DNA of 64,000 nt from a virus, in IMG/VR virus record IMGVR_UViG_3300032087_004567. One strand, given 5' to 3'. Below the pieces are notes generated by a model. That model had not been told where the DNA came from. It did no database searches and saw nothing but the letters and a program-made list of their open reading frames with translations. This document shows positions 7,475 to 17,538 of this stretch, one piece after another (positions within the stretch are counted from its first letter, which is position 1; every line of letters starts with the position of its first letter). A program made the position numbers and the translations under genes.

Positions 7475-10348
7475 ATGGCACGAAGATTTGTAAATAATGG
7501 TAATTATAGTTTTACACCATCGACTAGTACAATTAAGGTAACCGGGTTTGTACCTATAGAAAAATTTTTAATGATCACCCATATTAATTCTGGTGTGGTT
7601 ATTCAACAGTTTGCATCACCAGAATTAAGAATTACAACACATAGTTATTCTCCTACATCAACTGATTTAGATACAGATTCAGGTGTAACAACTATTGTAT
7701 TAAATTATGATACAACATCGTTAAATGCATCAGATAAGTTACAAATAATTATTGAAGAAACAGATATAAGGTCTAAACCATTTGATTTTGGAGTTGATGC
7801 AATTGAGAGGGCAAGAGTATCAAATCCTAACAGTTTAATTGACGCCGACTTTGAATATGGAACTCAAGGTACAAAATGGCATACATTTACTTCAGTAAAT
7901 CAATTACCAGGAATATATGAAATACCCGGATCAGAAATTACAGTATCTAATGTAGCTACTAATAACACATCACCGTATTCAACTATTACAGTTACAGCAA
8001 ACGGCCATGGATTAGTAGTTAATAGTACGTATCAAGATGCGGTATCAATTTTTGGTTTACAAAATTCACCACCTACTGCATCTAGAGCAGAAGGAACATT
8101 TTTGGTTAATTCAGTTACTAATGCAAATGTATTTACCTATCTTGCAAAAGGATATGTTGGTCCTAATACAACCGTTGATATAGTAACTCCATATACACAG
8201 GCAAGAAAAGCTGCATTTTATACTGGTGCATCACTTGCAGTTACTAATGCGGTATCTGATGGTGCCAATCCATCTATTATAACAGTTAACACCGCTAATG
8301 CCCATGGTTTATTTCCTGGTCATACACTAGCAGTAACAACATCAGGTGCTAATAATCACGATTATGCAAAAGGTAACTTTTTTGTTAAGTCAGTTGAGTC
8401 AGCAAATCAGTTTACTTACGAAGCACTTACAGGTGCAGTAGTAGGTGCCGGAATGTCTAATACTAATATGGTAGTATATTCAAGACCAGATGGATTTAAT
8501 ATTCATAGACCTTTTGATGGTGGAGTATTAATTGGTCCAAATTCACCAGCACACGGTGCAAATGTATTAAGACAATCAAAACAATATTTTAGATATCAAT
8601 CTGGTAAAGGTATATTATGGACTTCAGGTACTTTATATCAGCCTAATTACGATATAGAATCGGTTACTGCATCAGGTAATGCAATTGGTGCTGCTATTAC
8701 AGTAACAACAGAACAAGCCCATGGTATTCAAGCAGGTTCAACTGTTATACTTTCTGGTATTGATACAGGAGGATTTAATGGTTCATATACTGTTGCATCT
8801 ATTGTATCAGAAAATAGTTTAACAGTTACATCAACAGCTGAATTAGAATTTGTAGGAGCCAATACTGCTGACTTACAAAGACGACCAAGACTTGCAGTAT
8901 CTGCATGGAGAGGTTCATCAATAAGGGCAGGTTTATTTGATGAGCAAAATGGATTATTTTGGGAGAGTGATGGTCAAAGAGTATCAGTAGTAAAAAGAAG
9001 TTCTACATTTCAGATTGCAGGGACAGTTGCAGTATCTAATGGTAGTCATGAAATCGTAGGTACAGGTACAAGATTTGTATCACAAGTACATGTAGGTGAT
9101 AATATTATTATTAGAGGGCAATCTAAAAAAGTGGTAAGTATTGCCAACAATACGTACATGGTAGTTAATCCAATGATAACTATTGGTGGTTCGGCATCGG
9201 TGTCTGGTATTAAGCTTGCGTTAACTATAGATGAAAGAGTACCACAGGAAGACTTTAATAGAGATAGAATTGATGGTACGGGGGGTTCTGGTTATAATTT
9301 TGACTTTAATAAAATGCAGATGACCGGTATCGATTATTCATGGTACGGTGCCGGTTTTGCTGACTTTATTATTAGAGGGTTAAATGGAGATTTTGTAACA
9401 GTACATAGATTTAAAAATAATAATATAAATGATGAAGCATATATGAGATCTGGTAACTTACCAGCACGATATGAAATTGTAAATGAAGCTTCAAAATCTT
9501 ATTTAACTGTTGCAGCTAATACTACAAATGATTTTTTAACTCTTGCAAACACTTATTTCTTTCCTTCTAGTGGAACTTTATATGTTGATAATGAACTTGT
9601 ATCATACACTGGAAAAACAAATGCAAATAATACTTTAACTGGTGTATCAAGGGCGGCTTCTTTAAGTCAGTTTACTGGAGGGGAAACAAAAACATTTACA
9701 GCAGGTGCTGCAGCTGCACATGCAGTTGATGCAGGAGTAACTATAGCCGATGTTACATGTTCACCTACATTATCACACTGGGGATCATCTGTTATTATGG
9801 ATGGTGGTTTTGACTTAGATAGAGGTTACTTTTTTAATTATGGTGAAGAAAATAAAGCAGTAGGTGGTAATTCTACAGGTACTGGATTTTTAATAAGACT
9901 AGCACCATCGGTTAGTAACGGTCTTGCTGGCTCGTTAGGACAGCGTGAGTTAATAAACAGAGCGCTTATTTTATTACAAAAGGTTGAAATTATTACCAAT
10001 AGAGATACAATTGTACAAGGTATATTAAATCCAACGGGTGTAACAGGTATTACTTGGAGTAATATTAATTCATCTTCTTTTGGATCACAACCTTCATTTG
10101 TACAAATATCAAATAGCTTTACAGGTACTGCAGCACCAGGTGAACAAATATTTTCAACAATTGCATCAAGAGCAGGGGGTATTACAACATTTGATTTATC
10201 TGAACTTAAGGCATTAGGTAATGGTGTTGTAGGAGGTGATTTACAATATCCAGATGGACCTGATGTACTAGCAATAAATTTTGTAAACACAGATGCACAA
10301 AGCGCAAATATTCAAGTTAACTTATTCTGGACAGAAACACAGGCCTAA
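7475..10348 (+). CDS. Large virion structural / fibre protein (957 aa)
   Basis: Three ITV..T..HG(L/I) beta repeats; DADFEYG.Q.TKW, FRYQSGKG and DYSWYGAG motifs; located in the fibre cluster. Confidence 0.65.
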   Translation: MARRFVNNGNYSFTPSTSTIKVTGFVPIEKFLMITHINSGVVIQQFASPELRITTHSYSPTSTDLDTDSGVTTIVLNYDTTSLNASDKLQIIIEETDIRSKPFDFGVDAIERARVSNPNSLIDADFEYGTQGTKWHTFTSVNQLPGIYEIPGSEITVSNVATNNTSPYSTITVTANGHGLVVNSTYQDAVSIFGLQNSPPTASRAEGTFLVNSVTNANVFTYLAKGYVGPNTTVDIVTPYTQARKAAFYTGASLAVTNAVSDGANPSIITVNTANAHGLFPGHTLAVTTSGANNHDYAKGNFFVKSVESANQFTYEALTGAVVGAGMSNTNMVVYSRPDGFNIHRPFDGGVLIGPNSPAHGANVLRQSKQYFRYQSGKGILWTSGTLYQPNYDIESVTASGNAIGAAITVTTEQAHGIQAGSTVILSGIDTGGFNGSYTVASIVSENSLTVTSTAELEFVGANTADLQRRPRLAVSAWRGSSIRAGLFDEQNGLFWESDGQRVSVVKRSSTFQIAGTVAVSNGSHEIVGTGTRFVSQVHVGDNIIIRGQSKKVVSIANNTYMVVNPMITIGGSASVSGIKLALTIDERVPQEDFNRDRIDGTGGSGYNFDFNKMQMTGIDYSWYGAGFADFIIRGLNGDFVTVHRFKNNNINDEAYMRSGNLPARYEIVNEASKSYLTVAANTTNDFLTLANTYFFPSSGTLYVDNELVSYTGKTNANNTLTGVSRAASLSQFTGGETKTFTAGAAAAHAVDAGVTIADVTCSPTLSHWGSSVIMDGGFDLDRGYFFNYGEENKAVGGNSTGTGFLIRLAPSVSNGLAGSLGQRELINRALILLQKVEIITNRDTIVQGILNPTGVTGITWSNINSSSFGSQPSFVQISNSFTGTAAPGEQIFSTIASRAGGITTFDLSELKALGNGVVGGDLQYPDGPDVLAINFVNTDAQSANIQVNLFWTETQA

Positions 10349-10351
10349 AAT

Positions 10352-11437
10352 ATGTCATATATTGGTGTACAAACAGTAAAGACTGCAAGAATAGAAACAG
10401 AGATAACTGCAACAAATAACCAAACTACTTTTAATCCTAACGGGGGATATCAAAGAGGTTTTATTGATGTATACGTTGATGGTATAAAAAAGAATAGTGG
10501 AACAGATTTTAATGCAACAGATGGTGTATCAGTTGTATTTACATCTCATGTAACTAATAATTCGATTGTATCTTTGGTTGCCTTTGGTCCTGTTAACATG
10601 GCATCGGTAGTTTCAAGATCAGGTGATTCTATTACTGGGGATTTAACCTTACCTAATTTAACTGCATCGGCAAATGTACAGGCTAATAATTTTAATGGTA
10701 CACATTTAGATGTATCAAATTCAGTAACATTTCATTATGGTGCTAATATAACTGGTGCAACCACCCAAACCGGTGATATGACCGTTACTGGCAATTTAAC
10801 TATTGATGGTAGTTTATCTATCGTAGGATCAGCATCAGAGGTAACAACATCCTCATTAAGTGTTGATGATACAATAATTAAACTTGGTGGTAATAATACA
10901 TCTGATGTTTTAGATATTGGTTTTGCAGGTGCTTATTCAAATGGCTCGGCAAATTTATATGCTGGAGTTATACGAGATGGTGCATTAAAAAAGTTTTATT
11001 TCTTTAAAGATTATACTGCTGCAGTTAATAACAATATTGATACTGGTGATGCATCTTTTACAGTTGCAAATGTAGTTGGAAATTTTGAAGGTAATTTAAC
11101 TGCAAATTCAATTTTAACAGATTCGGTAAGTTCTGGTAATATATCTTTAACTGCAGGTATTCATGTAACTGGTGATGCAACTGGGTATAGACAAACTATG
11201 ACAACAAGTTATGGTGGTGCAGCAGGATCGGCTGAAGGAAGATTTGAATACCATGCTAATGCATGGAATTTTAATGCAGGTTCAGATAGTGCAAACCTTG
11301 CAGTATTTAGACGAGGTGGTACAATAGTTTCATATATAGATAATAATGGTGATTCGTATTATGCAAATGGTTCATCAATAGGTGGTGGCGGTGTTACCAC
11401 TGGTAAGTCAATTGCAATGGCAATTGTGTTCGGTTAG
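10352..11437 (+). CDS. Tail fibre-like protein
   Basis: MSYIG N-term; VTGNLTIDG...L.V.D.II.L...DIGF segment shared with the 4028 protein; ends in IAMAIVFG. Confidence 0.65.
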   Translation: MSYIGVQTVKTARIETEITATNNQTTFNPNGGYQRGFIDVYVDGIKKNSGTDFNATDGVSVVFTSHVTNNSIVSLVAFGPVNMASVVSRSGDSITGDLTLPNLTASANVQANNFNGTHLDVSNSVTFHYGANITGATTQTGDMTVTGNLTIDGSLSIVGSASEVTTSSLSVDDTIIKLGGNNTSDVLDIGFAGAYSNGSANLYAGVIRDGALKKFYFFKDYTAAVNNNIDTGDASFTVANVVGNFEGNLTANSILTDSVSSGNISLTAGIHVTGDATGYRQTMTTSYGGAAGSAEGRFEYHANAWNFNAGSDSANLAVFRRGGTIVSYIDNNGDSYYANGSSIGGGGVTTGKSIAMAIVFG

Positions 11438-11447
11438 AGGAAAATAA

Positions 11448-11810
11448 ATGGCAAATCCAAATATAGTAAATGTATCAGATATAAGAGGTAAAACAGTTGG
11501 TGCAAATCTTTCAACAACAGCCGCCAATGTGGTAACTAATTCAAGTGGTAGTAATAAGGTGTTTAAAGTTAATTCATTTGTTGTATCAAATATAGATGGT
11601 ACAAATGCTGCAGATGTTACCGCTGGGGTTTATAAAGGAGGATCGGTATTATATCATTTAGCATATACTATTTCAGTACCTGCCGATTCTACATTAGTTG
11701 TTGTATCAAAAGATACTGGAATATACTTAGAGGAGAATGATAGTATTAGAGCTACCGCATCAGCTAATTCTGATTTGCAAGCTGTAATTTCTTATGAAGA
11801 GATAAGCTAA
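11448..11810 (+). CDS. Small virion adaptor-like protein
   Basis: MANPNIVNV...VSNIDGTNAAD...ISVPADSTL...YLEEND...SYEEIS; paralog of 6609. Confidence 0.6.
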   Translation: MANPNIVNVSDIRGKTVGANLSTTAANVVTNSSGSNKVFKVNSFVVSNIDGTNAADVTAGVYKGGSVLYHLAYTISVPADSTLVVVSKDTGIYLEENDSIRATASANSDLQAVISYEEIS

Positions 11811-12658
11811 TGGGCTTTTATACTACTAATGGTGGTAAGATAGGTACTGGTGAAATACTTGAAAAAGATGGTGTGTTTGATCAAAAAACCAATTTAATTA
11901 AACCAATTATTACAACAGTTAGATCTACTCAAGCGTATCAAAGCGGAGTAATGGCAGGCGGTACGAGTCAAACAAATGTAACATCACAAACACAAAGTAT
12001 AGGTCTATCATCAGCCAACTATTCGTCAAATAGAAGATATGTTATAGCATTATTTGGATTTAGAGATTCAGGTGGTGCATTAACTAATAATCGAACACCT
12101 CAAGTAAATACAGTTACTCTTGGTGGTGTTGCTCTAACAAAATTAGATGAAGGACATAGTGATTTTAATTCCTCTATTATTGCAGCTGGATTTGTTAGCA
12201 GAACAGGTACTCAAAATTTTACTTTTACCTTTAACAATTCTATAAGTGGAGGTGCTGGTTATGTTAGCTTGCTTGTTTTTGATAGGGTTGATGGGGTAAG
12301 CTTTGCTTCTAAAACTTATAGTGCCAGTTCTTCAACTGGTAATGTAATAATAAATTCTAGTTCAGATATACCTGCAGGTATAGCAGGTACAGGAAGAGGT
12401 CAAACTGTTAGAGTTATAGGGTTAAATGCTTCTAATCCTAGTACTGCTCCAACTTGGACTGCAAGTGATGGATTTACTTACGCATCGTGGTTTAGCCAAG
12501 ATAATGGAACGACTGAATTTTCCGTAGGTCTTTATCATATATCAACTATAATTACAGGTACACAAAATAGTATTTCAGGTACGGTAGGAGGTGTAACTGC
12601 TGGTCAAGGTAAAGGATTTATTGGAGCTGATTTTAAAATGTTTTCATATACAGGATAA
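11810..12658 (+). CDS. Putative fibre tip / adhesin protein
   Basis: NGGKIG N-term; G/S/T-rich beta composition. Confidence 0.5.
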   Translation: MGFYTTNGGKIGTGEILEKDGVFDQKTNLIKPIITTVRSTQAYQSGVMAGGTSQTNVTSQTQSIGLSSANYSSNRRYVIALFGFRDSGGALTNNRTPQVNTVTLGGVALTKLDEGHSDFNSSIIAAGFVSRTGTQNFTFTFNNSISGGAGYVSLLVFDRVDGVSFASKTYSASSSTGNVIINSSSDIPAGIAGTGRGQTVRVIGLNASNPSTAPTWTASDGFTYASWFSQDNGTTEFSVGLYHISTIITGTQNSISGTVGGVTAGQGKGFIGADFKMFSYTG

Positions 12659-12674
12659 TTAATAGGGTTTATTT

Positions 12675-14564
12675 ATGCGAAGAAATTCGGGAATAGTTGG
12701 TAAAAGAATTATCACCACAACTAGCAATACCTCCGGTGTACATGATTTATTTGATGCTTTTAATAAAGTAAAGGATAATACCTATCAACCAACAATAAGA
12801 ATCACACAATATGGCAATACAACTTTAAATACTACTTCTAATACTTATGTTGAGAATTCTCGAAGATTAATACCAATATTTTTTAGTGGTATTACTGAAC
12901 AAACTTTTATATATTATAAGTTTTTAAACGTACAAAATACTACTGCAAACACTTTTGGTGGAAGACTACCGGGTGATTTTCTTGGCCAACTTAGTGATGG
13001 TGACGGTGCTGGTATCTTTAATGCGTATGCAAATAATTTTGGCGCACATTTTGTTGTTATTGGTATAGATGGTAGAAATAATAAACCTAATACACAATTT
13101 AAATTTGTATATTCAACGGGTGATTATTATGATAATGGAGGTTCAATAATAGGTGAAAGTGACATATTTACTATACCAAAAATTGCCTTTACAGAGAAAA
13201 CTTTTAGTTCAGCATCAATTGATGAAGGGAGTGCTAGTAGTAGTAGACCAACTATAAAAATAACACCAGACGCTAATACGTTTGGAGATTATCAAGCTGC
13301 CTGGGTATTTACTGGAATGAGATCTGGAGGTACCGCAAATAATGCTGAGGTAATTTATAATGTTCGTTATGCTAACTCGGAATTACAAAGTACTAAAAAT
13401 TGGGGGTCACATTCTAATACCGAGATGGTTATTGGCTCCAGCTTGAATTATTATGTGCGAGGCTCTGGTTCAACAGATTCAAATACTACTATTTATGCAG
13501 AGGTTGAAGGGGCAGGAGATTTTTTAACTGAAGGTAGTGAAACTTTTAATCCTGGCTTTATTATAGTTCCATATTATACTGTTGGTAGTAACGCTATAAT
13601 AAGTGCAACAGATCTTACCGATGATGAGATGTTCACTATGCCCCAACTTACAATTTCAGATACCTCCACTAATGCTACATTTACTGTTACGTCTAGCGTC
13701 ACTACAATTACTGAAGGTGGTTCAGTTAATATTGTTTTAACTGATACATCACAATCAAATAATAATGCTAACTTTTTTTATTCTCTTGATGGAACTAATA
13801 TTAATGCAAACGATTTTAGTATGACCCCTGGTAATGGTTACATAACAATGACCGGATCTACAGCAAACGTAACTGTTACAACCGCTCAAGATAGTGATAC
13901 AGGGACTGAAAATTTTACGGTTAATTTTAGAACAGGTAGTAATAGCGGTCCTATTGTTGCATCGAGTAACACTATTACGCTTAATGCACTTTCGCTATCT
14001 AATGCCCATGTTGTTTTTGCTGAACATAGATATGGATCAAATATAGGAACGGCTAGATTAAAAGTAGTTAATACTAGTGGTACAGAACTAGCAACATTAA
14101 GAACTGTATCTGGGCAGGTCGGTAACTTCTGGTCATTAATAACTGCTCCTGGAATTACTGGTTTAACTCCAGGTACACAAATAAGGTTTTTATGGCATTA
14201 TACTTCAGCAAGTTCATTTAGAGGTGATTATGCAATTGATTATGTACGATGGTACAAAGATGGTGTAGCACAAAGTTGGCCTTCTTCAACTTATGGTAAT
14301 TTTGAAAACAGTACAGATAGATCAGGATGGCTTACTAATAGAAGATCAACTACTAACTACACAACTGCTGCGGCCGCATTATCTGTTGCAACAAATTTAG
14401 CTGTCAGTACACAAAATCGTGTATGGAATGTTGATTCAGGAACCACACCTTCAAGTAGTACCGGACCTTCTGGTGCATACAATGGCACATACTTTGCATA
14501 TACTGAAGTTTCTTCAGCTTATGGTCGTGATTTTTGGTTATTTTCTCCAGTGGTAACAATATGA
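12675..14564 (+). CDS. Putative adhesin with Calx-beta/Ig-like repeats and a C-terminal circularly permuted MAM-like domain
   Basis: (I)xEG...D..T..E.F repeats. C-term FAEHRYG..IG, GDYAIDYV, then FE...GW, TPSSSTGP, YFAYTE.S, LFSP. Confidence 0.6.
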   Translation: MRRNSGIVGKRIITTTSNTSGVHDLFDAFNKVKDNTYQPTIRITQYGNTTLNTTSNTYVENSRRLIPIFFSGITEQTFIYYKFLNVQNTTANTFGGRLPGDFLGQLSDGDGAGIFNAYANNFGAHFVVIGIDGRNNKPNTQFKFVYSTGDYYDNGGSIIGESDIFTIPKIAFTEKTFSSASIDEGSASSSRPTIKITPDANTFGDYQAAWVFTGMRSGGTANNAEVIYNVRYANSELQSTKNWGSHSNTEMVIGSSLNYYVRGSGSTDSNTTIYAEVEGAGDFLTEGSETFNPGFIIVPYYTVGSNAIISATDLTDDEMFTMPQLTISDTSTNATFTVTSSVTTITEGGSVNIVLTDTSQSNNNANFFYSLDGTNINANDFSMTPGNGYITMTGSTANVTVTTAQDSDTGTENFTVNFRTGSNSGPIVASSNTITLNALSLSNAHVVFAEHRYGSNIGTARLKVVNTSGTELATLRTVSGQVGNFWSLITAPGITGLTPGTQIRFLWHYTSASSFRGDYAIDYVRWYKDGVAQSWPSSTYGNFENSTDRSGWLTNRRSTTNYTTAAAALSVATNLAVSTQNRVWNVDSGTTPSSSTGPSGAYNGTYFAYTEVSSAYGRDFWLFSPVVTI

Positions 14565-15049
14565 TCAAACACTTACAATTTTCATATAACGGGCAATATC
14601 CAATTATTTTTGAAAAATTACCAGATAGAATAAGGTTAAGTAATGGGCTTACTATTACAGATAAAGATAATTTTACATTAGAAAATTTAAGAGATGCAGG
14701 TTATATAGTTGCTCCTACCATACCTGATTATAATTGTAATAATGAGAAGTTAATATGGAATGGTAGTGATTGGGAGGTAGTTTCATTAACTGATAGTGAG
14801 TTAGATAATATAAAACAAGAATATGTAAATATAATGATAGAGGAAATTAATATAGAAATAAATGAATGTAATAATTTAATTTTTAATTCTGGAGATGATA
14901 TAGATACGGTAGAAAAAGAAGGATTAGATGCTGACTATGTAACTGCAATGAAGAATTATATTACTACTTTAAACACATTAAAGGATACTACTTTTCCTAA
15001 TGCAGATGATCCTTTTTCATTAAAAGTACCGAACAGACCTGAAGAATAA
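14561..15049 (+). CDS. Fibre assembly chaperone-like protein
   Basis: ATGA overlap with upstream stop; LPDRIRL..G.T.TD...L.DAGY...P.Y...EKL.WNG..W pattern. Confidence 0.5.
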   Translation: MIKHLQFSYNGQYPIIFEKLPDRIRLSNGLTITDKDNFTLENLRDAGYIVAPTIPDYNCNNEKLIWNGSDWEVVSLTDSELDNIKQEYVNIMIEEINIEINECNNLIFNSGDDIDTVEKEGLDADYVTAMKNYITTLNTLKDTTFPNADDPFSLKVPNRPEE

Positions 15050-15065
15050 TCTAATAATCCATACG

Positions 15066-15073
15066 TATAAATA
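15066..15073 (+). promoter_or_regulatory. T4-type late promoter
   Basis: Exact TATAAATA upstream of gp13. Confidence 0.75.
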
Positions 15074-15094
15074 CTTAAAAATCAGGAGTATTTA

Positions 15095-16072
15095 ATGGCC
15101 GTACCAATATCAAGAGCAGAATTCAAAGAATATTGCCTAAGAAAATTAGGCAAACCAGTTATAGAGATCAATGTAGACGACGATCAAGTAGATGATAGAG
15201 TTGATGAGTCACTTCGTTATTATTGGGATTATCATTTTGATGGGTCAGAAAGAACGTTTTACAAATATAAAGTTAGCGGTGGTGAAAGTCAAAAATCAGT
15301 AAAACAAATATCAATTTCTACACCAGGTTCTGGATATAGTAATAGCGATACAATTGTATTTACTGGTAGTGCAGATGAAAGTGCTGCAGCAACTCTTACT
15401 ACATATTCTAACGGTTCAATATCAGAAATTAAAATGACTAACTACGGTAGTGGATATACATCTGCACCCACAGTTAGCATTACAACATCAACCGGATCAG
15501 GTGCAGCATTAGATGCACATTTAGGTGATGGATCAATTACATTACCTGAAAACATAATAGGTGCAATACAAGTATTTCCAATAGGAGATCCAACAGTAAG
15601 TTCTAATGACTTATTTAATATAAGATATCAAATTGCACTTAACGATCTTTATACTTTAACTTCTGTATCAATGGTACCATATTATATGGTAATGCAACAC
15701 CTTGCATTAATACAAGAGGTATTAGTAGGTAAACAGGCCATAAGATATAACAGACATAAAAATCAATTACATTTAGATATGGACTGGGATAAGGTTAAAC
15801 AAAATGATATCTTATTGATAGAGGCATATCAAGTAGTTGACCCTGATGAATATACTAATGCATGGGGTGATAGATGGTTACAAACATATGCTACAGCAAA
15901 GATTAAATATCAATGGGGATCCAATCTAACTAAATTTAGTGGATTACAATTACCAGGTGGTGTTCAGTTTAATGGTGAAAAAATAATGGATGATGCTAAA
16001 GCTGAAATAGATAAGTTAGAACAAGAGATGATTAGTTCTTACTCACTACCAGTAATGGATATGATAGGATAA
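15095..16072 (+). CDS. gp13: Neck protein gp13 with GSGY-repeat insertion
   Basis: YCLRKLGKPVIEINVDDDQ, YHFDG, QWGSNLTKF.G.QLPGGV.FNG. Confidence 0.92.
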   Translation: MAVPISRAEFKEYCLRKLGKPVIEINVDDDQVDDRVDESLRYYWDYHFDGSERTFYKYKVSGGESQKSVKQISISTPGSGYSNSDTIVFTGSADESAAATLTTYSNGSISEIKMTNYGSGYTSAPTVSITTSTGSGAALDAHLGDGSITLPENIIGAIQVFPIGDPTVSSNDLFNIRYQIALNDLYTLTSVSMVPYYMVMQHLALIQEVLVGKQAIRYNRHKNQLHLDMDWDKVKQNDILLIEAYQVVDPDEYTNAWGDRWLQTYATAKIKYQWGSNLTKFSGLQLPGGVQFNGEKIMDDAKAEIDKLEQEMISSYSLPVMDMIG

Positions 16073-16075
16073 TAA

Positions 16076-17353
16076 ATGCCAATAACACATAATATTAAGA
16101 GTCCAGTTACACTGGCTGCAGCTGATATTACTGAAGCAGAGATAGCCAATGGTGCTGTAACTGATAATAAAGTTAATTTTACTAGTAGTATTGCAGTAGG
16201 TAATAGTACGGTTAATACAACTATAACAAATCAATCTATTGATACATATGCACCTATTACTAATAAAAATCTTATTATTAATGGTGGTATGAATGTTTAT
16301 CAAAGAACTGCAAATAGTGGTTCTACGTCGGCTAATGGGTATCATCTAGCAGATAGATTTGAGACTACTGGAACTAGCCATGGCTCTCAAACCCATGGTA
16401 TTACAACTGACGTACCATCAGGATATGGATTTACTAGTAGTTATAGAATTTACAGAGATGGTATAAATGATTCTTCAGCACCAAACCCATCAGCAGCTAC
16501 TATACTTACACTTTCACAAAAAATTGAAGGGCAGAATCTTCAGCATTTATGTAAGGGTACATCTAATGCAAAAGAATTAACATTAAGTTTTTGGAGTAAG
16601 TTTTCAAGCGGTAATGGTAATGTTTTTGTAGTAGAACTAGTTGATTTAGATAATAACAGACAAATATCTAAAGCACTTTCTTCATCGTCAGACTGGACAA
16701 AAAATACCGCTACATTTCCTGCTGATACTACTGGTGCATTTGATAATGATAATAATGCTAGCTTACAAGTAAATATTTGGCTTAATGCAGGAAGTAATTA
16801 TACTAGTGGAACTTTTAATGATTCGGCTTGGGCATCTACAACTGATGCAAATAGAGTTAAGTCAGATATTATGCATTTTATGTCTGTCGATAGCAGTACT
16901 GGTGCACCTACTAGTTTTCATTTTACAGGAGTGCAATTAGAGGTTGGTGATACAGCAACAGGGTTCGAGTTTGAACCATATGAAACATTATTAAGAAAAT
17001 GTCAAAGATATTTTGAGTTAACCGACCATGGAACCGATGATGTTCCTCCATGTGCAGTAGTTAATGGTAATGGTGTTTATAGAAGTCAGGCAATATTTTA
17101 TAAAGTTGAAAAAAGAGATAAACCTACTTGTGCACAAAGAGTTGCGTGGACTCCTCAATATTATAATGGTAGTAGTGTAAATGTAAATAATGATTATAAT
17201 TTTAATGGAAATAAGTATGGTTATGTTTTAGGTGGAACGGCATCTGGTAGAACCACGTATCAAGCTTTGGGTAGTTCTAGCGTTCCTTTTACAGGCCCTG
17301 CTGAAGGAGCAGGTTTATCAAATTATGTAATTGAATCAGATGCAGAATTATAG
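16076..17353 (+). CDS. Fibre/adhesin protein with carbohydrate-binding-like domain
   Basis: KNLIINGGM.V.QR, IEGQN.QH, TGVQLEVG..ATGFEFEP, CQRYF; ends in DAEL. Close paralog of 59283..60452. Confidence 0.7.
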   Translation: MPITHNIKSPVTLAAADITEAEIANGAVTDNKVNFTSSIAVGNSTVNTTITNQSIDTYAPITNKNLIINGGMNVYQRTANSGSTSANGYHLADRFETTGTSHGSQTHGITTDVPSGYGFTSSYRIYRDGINDSSAPNPSAATILTLSQKIEGQNLQHLCKGTSNAKELTLSFWSKFSSGNGNVFVVELVDLDNNRQISKALSSSSDWTKNTATFPADTTGAFDNDNNASLQVNIWLNAGSNYTSGTFNDSAWASTTDANRVKSDIMHFMSVDSSTGAPTSFHFTGVQLEVGDTATGFEFEPYETLLRKCQRYFELTDHGTDDVPPCAVVNGNGVYRSQAIFYKVEKRDKPTCAQRVAWTPQYYNGSSVNVNNDYNFNGNKYGYVLGGTASGRTTYQALGSSSVPFTGPAEGAGLSNYVIESDAEL

Positions 17354-17361
17354 GAGAAGAT

Positions 17362-17538
17362 ATGGATATTAGCTCGGCACAATATTATACTGATGGAATT
17401 CATTCAGAAAATTTTGGTATAAGAACAGTCATTAATGGTAAGACATTTTTTGTTCCACTAACACCAGGAAACAGATACTATGACGAAATTATGCGTCAGG
17501 TAGAAGCAGGAACATTAACCATAGCAGAGGCCGATTAA
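17362..17538 (+). CDS. 58-aa fibre chaperone-like protein (not in the ORF track)
   Basis: MDISSAQY...VPLTPGNRYYDEIMRQVEAGTLTIAEAD; RBS aggag; paralog at 59101..59274. Confidence 0.75.
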   Translation: MDISSAQYYTDGIHSENFGIRTVINGKTFFVPLTPGNRYYDEIMRQVEAGTLTIAEAD

